From contig MRSU01000092.1 of NCBI GenBank assembly GCA_008369845.1, positions 1-40,714 of the forward strand: a stretch of 40,714 nucleotides of DNA, written 5' to 3'. The position numbers and the translations under genes are program-made. The stretch's first letter is position 1, and each line of letters opens with the position of its first letter. The notes beneath the pieces were generated by a model that saw only the letters and a list, made by a program, of their open reading frames with translations, ran no database searches and was not told the origin of the DNA. The stretch is from Trichomonas gallinae. Taxonomy: Eukaryota. This document shows, piece by piece, positions 1-8,642 of the stretch.

Positions 1-78
1 TTTACCTTGGCCTACACGACCGCCTGAATTCTAAGGGCAGCGTACGCTTTACAGGCTGAGATCACACCAACCCGCCCA
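1..78 (-). ncRNA. Probable SRP (7SL) RNA, 5' Alu domain; runs off the left window edge
   Basis: Bases 1-110 are ~54% GC, with stops in all six frames. The minus strand reads GGGC|GGGTTGG-TGTGATC-TCAGCC|TGTAA|AGC-GTAC-GCT|GCCC, which is helix 2 / helix 3 / UGUNR U-turn / helix 4 / helix 2 closure, the architecture of the SRP Alu 5' domain. The S domain is not in the window. Confidence 0.6.
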
Positions 79-128
79 ATGGTTCCCCACCTGATGGTAT
101 ATTGTTCCGCCATTCATAATATTAACTT

Positions 129-136
129 GTCACTTT
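129..136 (-). promoter_or_regulatory. AAAGTGAC core-promoter-type motif upstream of the structured RNA
   Basis: GTCACTTT at 129-136. The same 8-mer recurs close to gene starts at 377, 11811, 11826(rc), 15169, 17855 and 26729(rc), and resembles a described Trichomonas core promoter motif. Confidence 0.5.
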
Positions 137-436
137 GTAATTCTTCGCAAAACTATTTCAATTTGATTAAAACTATGATGCATTAAATGTTCATCTATCA
201 AGCTAACAGTTAATGAATAGAAGGATTTACTCCTGTGACATCAAATCGCTATTTGAAAATTAAATTGTATTTTGACTTGCTGATGCATCATTCATATCTA
301 ACTTTTCACAATATGCTTCCTTTCAACTGCTTAATCCATGAAACACATTATTGATTTTGTGGTGTTTTTATGTGTAAAAGTGACAAAATGATAAAATTCA
401 AACTTTCTTTACGTTCATGTATATATTTTGGGACAA

Positions 437-1351
437 ATGTCAACGGATAATGTATATATCTATCGATGTTCTCCAATATTATGCAAAAATAATAATATAG
501 TTGTAAAAAAATCAACATTTAATAATTGCATCAATGGAAGTTTAACGATAATTGAGAATGCAAAACGCGCAGACGTATCATTAACTAATTTTAATAACTG
601 TACATCGTGGACAGAAGGTGCATGCATTCATTATTTGGCAACTTCAATTATTAATTTGAATAAAATATATGTAACAATGTCACAATGTTTTGATAAAAAT
701 ATTGGTAATGTTGGGTATATTTCTATGGGAGATCTTGTTCCCAATATTTCTGATATTTCAATGACAAATTGTGGACCTGATGGTCATACTCAATTATTTG
801 TTTCCCATGGACGTGTTTCGATATCTAATATCAATGAAACTGATTGTCAAGCAAACAAAGATGCAGCATTGATGATTAATGATATGCCTGAAGTTAACGT
901 TACTTTTTCTTCTTTTTATCGCGTGAATGCTTCTGACTGGTCCATCGTTACATTCCTTATTACAAAAGGGACAATGAGGAACTGTAATTTTATCAGCTGC
1001 TTCACACCCAGTCGAGGAGTAGTTTTCAGTTTTTCATCATCTAAAGTCACTGTTATTGATAGCTCTGTTATAGATAATATCGGTAATGGAATTGCATTTT
1101 ATAAAGACACCAACTGTGAAATGACATTGATAAGGTGTTACACGACACAAACTGATTTTGAATTTGGTATTGACACAGTTCAGATGAAGACTGATAAATT
1201 CTCGAATCCATTCCCTATTATTGAATGTTATCAAGGATCAAAGTGTCTCGTTTATCCTTTGACTGATGAAGATGATTTTATAGTCAAGATGCAATTCATC
1301 ATTCCGGCGTGTTATGTTATCACAGAAATTTTCATTCCAGGAATGGATTAA
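437..1351 (+). CDS. Hypothetical Cys/Asn/Ser-rich protein, right-handed beta-helix-like (trichomonad family); start uncertain
   Basis: Long ORF with repeated beta-helix-like strands (FNNC, FISC, GACIH). The first in-frame ATG is 437 (the track start at 428 is TTG). Upstream ATGs at 388 and 417 are out of frame. Confidence 0.7.
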   Translation: MSTDNVYIYRCSPILCKNNNIVVKKSTFNNCINGSLTIIENAKRADVSLTNFNNCTSWTEGACIHYLATSIINLNKIYVTMSQCFDKNIGNVGYISMGDLVPNISDISMTNCGPDGHTQLFVSHGRVSISNINETDCQANKDAALMINDMPEVNVTFSSFYRVNASDWSIVTFLITKGTMRNCNFISCFTPSRGVVFSFSSSKVTVIDSSVIDNIGNGIAFYKDTNCEMTLIRCYTTQTDFEFGIDTVQMKTDKFSNPFPIIECYQGSKCLVYPLTDEDDFIVKMQFIIPACYVITEIFIPGMD

Positions 1352-1731
1352 CTAATAAAAACTTTTTCTTTTGTCTTCTAATCATATCTATATATACATG
1401 TTTTGGAAGATAATTTCAATTTTATTAAGTGAAAATTAGCTTAAAAGAGATTTATCAATGTGTTTTTCTTGAATTATTGAAATTTTAATCGAAATTAAAT
1501 ATGAGATAAAAATAGTGTGATTGATTGTGTTTGAGCATGAGTGTAACTTTTTAAGATAAAAGTAATGTACTGCCTAAGTGTATATATAGAAATGGCTAAA
1601 GATTTTATTTGATCAAAAATAATTTCGTTGTTTCTCAATTTTGTTTGAAATTTTTTGTTATAAATGGCTTCTTGTTATAGATTATTGATGATTTATGCGT
1701 AAAAATTTTGTAAATTATTCAATTTTGATGC

Positions 1732-2913
1732 ATGACAAAAACAAAAAAAATGGAGAAAGAAATTTCATATGTAGTAGAAGAGAGATTATCTAAGACCACA
1801 TACACATCTACATTCCTTGTGCATGATGCTGATGATCCATCATCCAAAATGGTAGTTAAGAAACTAATTACAAATGTTTTATCAAACGAAGAAATAAATC
1901 GAATCGAGCAAGAATCGAAAATACTTCCAAAACTGAAAGCTAGCAATCTAATTAGATACTACCAGATTAGGAAGACAAGTTCTACGATAACAATTCTCAT
2001 GGAATACGCAAATTATGGATCTTTGGAAGAACTAATTTTCTGTCATCAAAATGAGTTGAAAAGATTTTCAGAAAATGTCATCTTGGATATCTTCGTTCAG
2101 TTGCTAATTGGTGTTAAATATCTCCATGACAGGAAGATAATTCATCGTGCGTTGTGTCCAAACAACATTTTCCTTCACACAAACAATAAAACGAACTCAT
2201 TTCCAATAGTTAAGATTGGCGGCTTCGAACAATTCAGGCCATTAATCAAAACAGATGAATTTGTCACATCAATGAATGTCGATGAACAATATTCAGCTCC
2301 TGAAGTACAAAGTGGATTACCTTACACAAATAAATCAGACGTTTGGTCGTTGGGTTGCATATTATATGAATTATGCACGTTAAAGAAAGCAAATATTTGT
2401 ACGATAGAACTGTCAAAGCCACCAAAGATCAGCACATCATTCTCGAAAGATCTTCAGTTCCTCATTGACTCAATGTTGAACACGGATCCAAAACAAAGGC
2501 CATCGATCAGTGAACTTATAGAGAACGATTTGATCAAGCAAAAGTACGAGCAAATTCTGGGAACAACACTCGCTGAATCAGAGATGAATCACACGATATT
2601 CCACGGAAAAGATGCTGGAGAAGGACCAAACATACTTAAAGTCCTAAAAGAAAGAGATGATTCAAAACAAGTTTTAATCAATGACACGATTGAAGTCAAA
2701 TGTAATAATGATGTTTTATTATGTTCATCACAAAACAAAAACTCGTTGGAATATGTTGAGAGATTCCTCAAAAGCATCCATGGAGAAGAAAGATATCGAG
2801 AATTGATGCAAATTGCACAAAAGAGTATACAGAATGATATTTGCTCAGATATTGAGCTCTCTCAAGCAGAAAAACATTCATTAAATCTCCTAAGTCAAAT
2901 ATTTCTTCCATGA
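1732..2913 (+). CDS. NEK-family protein kinase-like, probable pseudokinase
   Basis: MEYANYGSL, FVQLLIGVKYLHDRKIIHR, YSAPEV, YTNKSDVWSLGCILYELCTLK and DPKQRPS are NEK-like. HRD is replaced by HRA, DFG by GFE, and there is no Gly-rich loop. Confidence 0.9.
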   Translation: MTKTKKMEKEISYVVEERLSKTTYTSTFLVHDADDPSSKMVVKKLITNVLSNEEINRIEQESKILPKLKASNLIRYYQIRKTSSTITILMEYANYGSLEELIFCHQNELKRFSENVILDIFVQLLIGVKYLHDRKIIHRALCPNNIFLHTNNKTNSFPIVKIGGFEQFRPLIKTDEFVTSMNVDEQYSAPEVQSGLPYTNKSDVWSLGCILYELCTLKKANICTIELSKPPKISTSFSKDLQFLIDSMLNTDPKQRPSISELIENDLIKQKYEQILGTTLAESEMNHTIFHGKDAGEGPNILKVLKERDDSKQVLINDTIEVKCNNDVLLCSSQNKNSLEYVERFLKSIHGEERYRELMQIAQKSIQNDICSDIELSQAEKHSLNLLSQIFLP

Positions 2914-3187
2914 AATACATGAAAATACAAAATATTTTTGCTCAAAAATAATTCTAATTTCCTAGCTTAAAGATTAAAAATGATAGTACATTAAACCATA
3001 CTTATTTCAATTCTTTGTTCTTTAGCTTTATTTACAATATTTAAGAAATTGAAAAAATATTATTGGAATATTAGAATTATGCGCTTATACAATGTCATCA
3101 TTTTAGTTAACATTGGTAAATATCTGATATATTTTTAGAAATTTAATGAATTTTATTTAGAGAACAAAATTAAAACAATTTAATAAC

Positions 3188-4969
3188 TTATATCTGTCTG
3201 TACATGTAAAAGATAGCAAAGAAACTTGAAATGAAACCGAAAGCAGCTGAAATCACAGAAATTAAAATACCGCAAATAATTGCAAAGAGAGTGTACAACA
3301 TTCTTGTGGCAAAGTTTGTTGCCGTCATTCTAGCAGTCACAAAGAAGAGTTCCCAAGCGAAATAGAATATGCCTGATGATAACGGAAGTGCAATTGCATA
3401 TCTCCACCACCAATAGTCTTCTTCTCTCAATATAATATAAACACCAAGTACTGTGAGTATGGATGAGAATGATATTACGATGAAAGCCATTTCTGTAAGA
3501 TCTGGAATCATTTTGAAAAGCGCAAAATCGCAAAACAAGGCGGATTTCATGCTAGGAAGGAAGCTATATATAGATGCAAATATTGCAAGGCCACCAATCA
3601 AAACAACAAATAATTTGATTTTGCTTTCAGGAATTTGTCTTGGAATCAAATTGGTTCTTGTCGGATAATCGAATTTTGGCAGTTTTCCACCAACCATTGA
3701 ACCTAAATACGTTGATCCAGCAGATATCAATATTATGAAAATCGCTGCGAACAAAAATATAGGTATAGGCATTGCCGATGTAGAGAATTCTGCAATGTGG
3801 ACAAACTGAACAACGAACAAAATAACAAAAATAATAATAGCTGGAATTGTTGACACAAATATCTGAAATGTGTCACCATCCTTGCCATTGAACTGTTTGT
3901 AGTGGAATCCACTAACAAATCCACTAATAAATGAAGAAATTAAGTCAATAATAAATAAAATTAACCACAAAAGGTCAGTATTCGCAAGAGTAACAATATT
4001 AGTCATCATTAATAAGAACAGTAATATGAAATCTATGCCAAATCTTATTCCTGGCGCAATTAGCAAAGAATATTTCGAAATTTCTTCAGGAATCCTAAAT
4101 ATATCGCCAGCAATTACCTGCCAGCCAGCTGGATCAGAGTCATTCTCAGCGAAGTCGTGTTTGAAAAAGTCCACATCGTGTTTAATAATGAAACCGAAAA
4201 GAAATGGAAAGAAAACAGCGAAAAAGAAAAGACCTAAAAACGTGTATTGCGGTGGTTTGTAGCTGCTCAATGTGCGTGCGCTCTGATAAACATGAGCATA
4301 TCTGTTCTTTTCTGGTGTTTCTTCGTATAGCCATTCAATAGAATAAGTAATCAAATCTTCTTTTTGCTGAGAAAGCGGTAATGGATTTCCTTTTGAGCAC
4401 GGATCGATTATATATGGCTTGAGGAATGCTTTTGTGATATGATAAGTTATGTTTGTCGATTTCGCGTAAAAGATTGTGAAATCTAAATGGTTAATTAAAT
4501 GTACTTCTTTGTCACTTGTAAAGTTTTTGGTATCTATAACACCAATGTATCCGATTTTAAAATTAGGAACTGAATAATTCTTGGAACTTCGTGTTAAAAA
4601 TGGAATATTATCGATTATTAACGATTTTTCATAATTGTTGTATATTAAATAGTAGTATATCGAGTATTTTGACTGATCGATCGGTGAACGAGAGAAATTC
4701 ATGCATCTTTCATTTTCTCCAAATTTAAATTGAAACGGGACCTTCTGAAAAGATCGTCCTAAAAGAGGATCTAGAGATGTTGTAAGCTCGTCGTATGGTT
4801 TTGCCTGTGGAAATAGGTCTGCATAATAATATTCGTAGTGAATCAAGCTCGTTGGTGATCTTAAGGAGCCAGCATACAGTGAAACATTATCACCAAACTT
4901 GTACTTAGTTGGACTTGGTTTGAGAAACCGCGTTTTGCTAAAGATTAAGCTTGGAAATAAACAAAACAT
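3188..4969 (-). CDS. Endomembrane protein 70 / TM9SF (nonaspanin) family
   Basis: N-terminal lumenal domain, GWQVIAGDIFR, PTRTNLIPRQIP, EDYWWWR and about nine hydrophobic segments. Confidence 0.92.
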   Translation of the reverse strand: MFCLFPSLIFSKTRFLKPSPTKYKFGDNVSLYAGSLRSPTSLIHYEYYYADLFPQAKPYDELTTSLDPLLGRSFQKVPFQFKFGENERCMNFSRSPIDQSKYSIYYYLIYNNYEKSLIIDNIPFLTRSSKNYSVPNFKIGYIGVIDTKNFTSDKEVHLINHLDFTIFYAKSTNITYHITKAFLKPYIIDPCSKGNPLPLSQQKEDLITYSIEWLYEETPEKNRYAHVYQSARTLSSYKPPQYTFLGLFFFAVFFPFLFGFIIKHDVDFFKHDFAENDSDPAGWQVIAGDIFRIPEEISKYSLLIAPGIRFGIDFILLFLLMMTNIVTLANTDLLWLILFIIDLISSFISGFVSGFHYKQFNGKDGDTFQIFVSTIPAIIIFVILFVVQFVHIAEFSTSAMPIPIFLFAAIFIILISAGSTYLGSMVGGKLPKFDYPTRTNLIPRQIPESKIKLFVVLIGGLAIFASIYSFLPSMKSALFCDFALFKMIPDLTEMAFIVISFSSILTVLGVYIILREEDYWWWRYAIALPLSSGIFYFAWELFFVTARMTATNFATRMLYTLFAIICGILISVISAAFGFISSFFAIFYMYRQI

Positions 4970-5534
4970 TTTTTTGAAGAAAAAAACTCGAAAACGAAAT
5001 CTTCGATTTTTATTGCATAAATAGACTATATTAAACCTTAAAAATCAAATTTATCGTTAAAACTCTGCTCAAATCCTGCATTTTATCATTAAAATCATTA
5101 TTTTGGAAATATTTTTCTAATTTTGGATCATTTTAATATTACAAATAGATGTATTTACATCTATATAGTTACAATAAAAGTGCATATAGATATATAATGG
5201 ATTTTTATATCAAAGCAAAATTAAATCATAGCAAATATGATAAAAAGAAGAGAATAATAAGTAGAATAAATGCAAAAAGGTAGAATAGTTTTAGTTATGC
5301 AAGGGAAAATTAAAAAATAAAATTATCAAAATAATTTTTATAGATTTAGAATATTTTTGAACATGTATTATCAATATCAAGCTTCAATACAATATATTTA
5401 TTAATTGATGTAATGACTAATGTTTGGTAATTATTAAAAAATATTATTATTTTTAAAAACGAAACTTATATTGTATAATATTTATAAAATATCACGAAAT
5501 ATATTCACACAAAAGGATAACAAATGCCTATTTT

Positions 5535-6374
5535 TCATTTCTGATGGAAGAAAGATCTAATTGAAGGTCTGTCGAGGTTAAGCTGCTGCATAAGACTTAC
5601 TCCAGCAGTGTAATCTACATGCAAAGGTGGAACTGTTGGAAATCCATTTCTGTATAAATCTTTTAAGAAGTCTGAACGATCTGGTTCCTCTTCTTCATGA
5701 ATTTCTTCTTCCTCCTCCTCTTCGATGTATTCTTCTTCCGGCTGTGAATCTTCTGTATCTGAAATCTGTATATTTAATATTCTACGCGGTGGGAAAATTG
5801 TATGGCGAGAATCTTGTAAAGGATATTTATTATAGTCCGGTGGTCTTGTCGGACGTGTCGTGTCTGTAAATCTTGGCGAATTTAATTGAATTTCTTCTGT
5901 TGTAAATGAATCTTTTGGATCTCCGTTGTGATGCAAGTACATACAATCTGGATTGTTGCACTTCTGACCACAAAGGAAATTCGAGCAATACTTAGATGTG
6001 CCGAGCGATGCTTTAATTGCGTGTCCGTTGTAAGAAAATGATTCTAAGCTATAAATGCATTCTAAGGCGTCCTCTATCTTCCAAAATGTGACGAAGGCGC
6101 TAACTGTTGGTCGTTGATTTGCTTGTTGATGTATACTTGATGAATTTACGACGATTTTCTTTAATGGGCCATATTGTCCAAAGTATTCGTAATTTTCTAA
6201 AATAGATTCTTGCGCAATTTCTACAGGAATTCCTATAACATACACTAAATCTCTCTGAACAACGCGATAATTCACTAAATTGGCCCTCTCCGGCAGATGC
6301 GCCCTGGGACGATTAGTGCCTGGTCCTGATAAGCCTCCTTTCTTATCTAAATGACCCTTTCCAAATCTTGACAT
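5535..6374 (-). CDS. NOT4: Not4/CNOT4-like RRM + CCCH zinc-finger protein lacking the RING domain
   Basis: RVVQRDLVYVIGIP, EYFGQYG, KIVVN and KASLGTSKYCSNFL-x4-C-x4-CMYLH match the Not4 RRM-ZnF signature. Confidence 0.88.
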   Translation of the reverse strand: MSRFGKGHLDKKGGLSGPGTNRPRAHLPERANLVNYRVVQRDLVYVIGIPVEIAQESILENYEYFGQYGPLKKIVVNSSSIHQQANQRPTVSAFVTFWKIEDALECIYSLESFSYNGHAIKASLGTSKYCSNFLCGQKCNNPDCMYLHHNGDPKDSFTTEEIQLNSPRFTDTTRPTRPPDYNKYPLQDSRHTIFPPRRILNIQISDTEDSQPEEEYIEEEEEEEIHEEEEPDRSDFLKDLYRNGFPTVPPLHVDYTAGVSLMQQLNLDRPSIRSFFHQK

Positions 6375-6882
6375 ATTAAAATTGTCAATTTTTGTTAAAA
6401 AATTTTCGAAGATTTTAAAAATTGATTCTTGATTTTACTTGTTTTTTGAATTTATCTACTATTATTATTCATTTTTATCAAAGAAAATTTAATTTTTGCA
6501 CAAAAAATTAGCAAAATATTTTAGATTTTTTATTTATTATGATGAATTTCTATCTTGTAACAAGAAATCATCTTATTTATTTGATTATTTTGGCGATTTC
6601 AAGTTTTTACATTTTCGATTTTTTTAAATATTTAATCAAAAATTTAGATTTTGAAACTAAAAAACGTCCAAAAATCAAAATCAAATAATTACAAATTGTT
6701 ATTAATATAAACATTAAACATTACTATAATCAAATTTTAATTTTTGCTATTATTGAGTTTTATTGTTTGAATGATTTTCACATTCAAGTAAAATAAGAAG
6801 AGGATATAAACAAATAAATCTTTATTAATAAACATAGATACTAGAAATTAGATTAACAGTAGTTATTCATGAGTTTTCATCT

Positions 6883-7572
6883 TCAAATTCCGAAAACACT
6901 AATGATTTCATCAACAGTGATACCAGAATCTTGTACCAATGGAGAATTTAATGTAATTTTACATTCAAAAATATACTCTGGATGAGGAATTGACTGAGTT
7001 AGAAAATCTAATCTCTGAGAAATAGTTGTAGAGTATTGAAGAAGACCCAATCCGACACTTGCTTCTCCTAGAAGTATATTTTGTGCATCATAAACTTGTG
7101 GTGGTACTTTATAAATTTTGAATTTTAATTCGCTTGCTTTCAAGAAAGAAATGTTTTGTGCTGTCTTTGTGCCCAAATCGAAGTCGTATGTATAGTTAAA
7201 AATACTATTTTTTGAATGTATTAATGGAGTTTTGAAAGATTCACCTGAAGGTGGGATGATTTCGATATAACAGTTAGGATCTAATGGCTTTGATGAGTAT
7301 GATTGATCGATTCTAACGTGCATTGTAACTCGCTGATTATCTGATGAAGGAGGAATAGTGGCTTGTATCTTGAATCTGCGTAGATTTTCCATTGTTTTCT
7401 CACCAGTCTGCAGTTCTTCTATTGTTTTGTTTAATGCATTGATAGCAGTGGTCAAATTCTTTGGAATTTCAGGCTGAATTGATGGCGGACACTTATCTAA
7501 CGCCATTTGGAGCTTTTTTATCTTAGCCTGGCATTCGAGAATAAATCGGTCGAGTGAGAGTTTGTCGTTCAT
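6883..7572 (-). CDS. Coiled-coil + C2 domain protein, CC2D1/Lgd-like C-terminal module
   Basis: N-terminal coiled coil, then FKTPLI..FNYTYDF..LKFKIYK..LLGEASVGL..ITLNSPL, resembling the CC2D1 (Freud-1) C2 domain. Confidence 0.6.
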   Translation of the reverse strand: MNDKLSLDRFILECQAKIKKLQMALDKCPPSIQPEIPKNLTTAINALNKTIEELQTGEKTMENLRRFKIQATIPPSSDNQRVTMHVRIDQSYSSKPLDPNCYIEIIPPSGESFKTPLIHSKNSIFNYTYDFDLGTKTAQNISFLKASELKFKIYKVPPQVYDAQNILLGEASVGLGLLQYSTTISQRLDFLTQSIPHPEYIFECKITLNSPLVQDSGITVDEIISVFGI

Positions 7573-7633
7573 TCTATAATATACGTTTATAAATAAGGTT
7601 TTTATTTAGTTTTACATCAACTAACGAAAACAT

Positions 7634-7935
7634 TCTGCTTTTACTCACTTTAACGAAGAATCCTCATATAAACATATATGAGAAGAATCGATTTATCATA
7701 CTTATACACGGAATTGCAGTGATTTACATTATTATATCGATTTTCTTTGCTTTAATTCTCTTTAGTGAAGAACTCTTATATGAATCCATGGCAGAGGAAT
7801 TGATGTATCATTCTTATACAGTAGATTACGAAATTTTTCATTCATTTGATCGATCTTCTCTATTTTTATGCATTAATACGAATAATTCTCATATAATTCT
7901 ATGATAAAGGAATTGATATCGCTTACATATGCATG
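7634..7935. repeat. Degenerate tandem repeat, ~112-114 bp period, ~2.7 copies
   Basis: tgcttttactcactttaacgaagaatcctcatata...tatcatacttataca (gaagaa at 7655) aligns with tgctttaattctctttagtgaagaactcttata...tatcattcttataca (gaagaa at 7767). A weaker third copy lies near 7881 (aataattctcatata...aggaattgat). Confidence 0.6.
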
Positions 7936-8629
7936 AGAATCTGACTTTTTAATATTCAATTTGAAATTCTATATCTTGCTAGTGTTACTGAAAGATTTTG
8001 AAATAAATCCATGATACAAAGCTCTACATTTCACGCATTTTCCAAATTTCGCACAAATACAACTAATCATATACGAAATTTGGTAAAAGTGATAAAATAA
8101 GCCAAACAATTCCTAAATATATTATTGATATACAAATAGCTTCTGCAGAAATTGACATTTAAATCTGCGATTCTCAATCAATTTTTATCAAATAATCCTT
8201 TCAATAACTGAAATCAAGAAATTTTACATAAGTATTCAAATAAATAAGGCAAGTAAAATAATTTTGTATTCTGATAAAACGCAAATTGCAATTATTAATT
8301 TTGATATTATGATATAAAACATGTTAATCTACCAAATCGATATATAGCTTTAGTATAGTTCAAATCCATTGGAAACAAAATCCTGACTATTTGAAAAATT
8401 TTATTTGTTTTTATCCGTTTTATGAACTGTAAAAAGCACAAAATAGAAGATTATATTAAAATAATATAATAAAATAGAAAATTATCGTTTAATAAATTGA
8501 TTTCGAATAAGAAATTTGCTGATCGAAGTCATTTTATTTGAAAAACATGAAAAATAGATGTTTATATGACCAAATCTACAACAAAAATGCGATAGTCAAA
8601 TTTTTTTAAAAAATTGATCTGACCATTGG

Positions 8630-8637
8630 ACGGTTTT
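8630..8637 (+). promoter_or_regulatory. M3-like (RCGGTT, Myb-type) core promoter element
   Basis: ggACGGTTTtgtcaaATG lies directly upstream of the helicase ATG. A similar aGCGGTTT is at ~38746, upstream of the 38790 gene. Confidence 0.5.
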
Positions 8638-8642
8638 GTCAA

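Noticed and set aside
1..113. RNase P RNA reading of the GC island (GGCGGA start, CATCAGGTGGGG, AGAATTCAG)
   Set aside because: The CR-I match is poor, and the SRP Alu fold with UGUAA explains the sequence better. Not formally excluded.
8042..8082. Inverted repeat CCAAATTTCG...CGAAATTTGG
   Set aside because: Only a 10-bp AT-rich stem, with no TSD or second copy seen.
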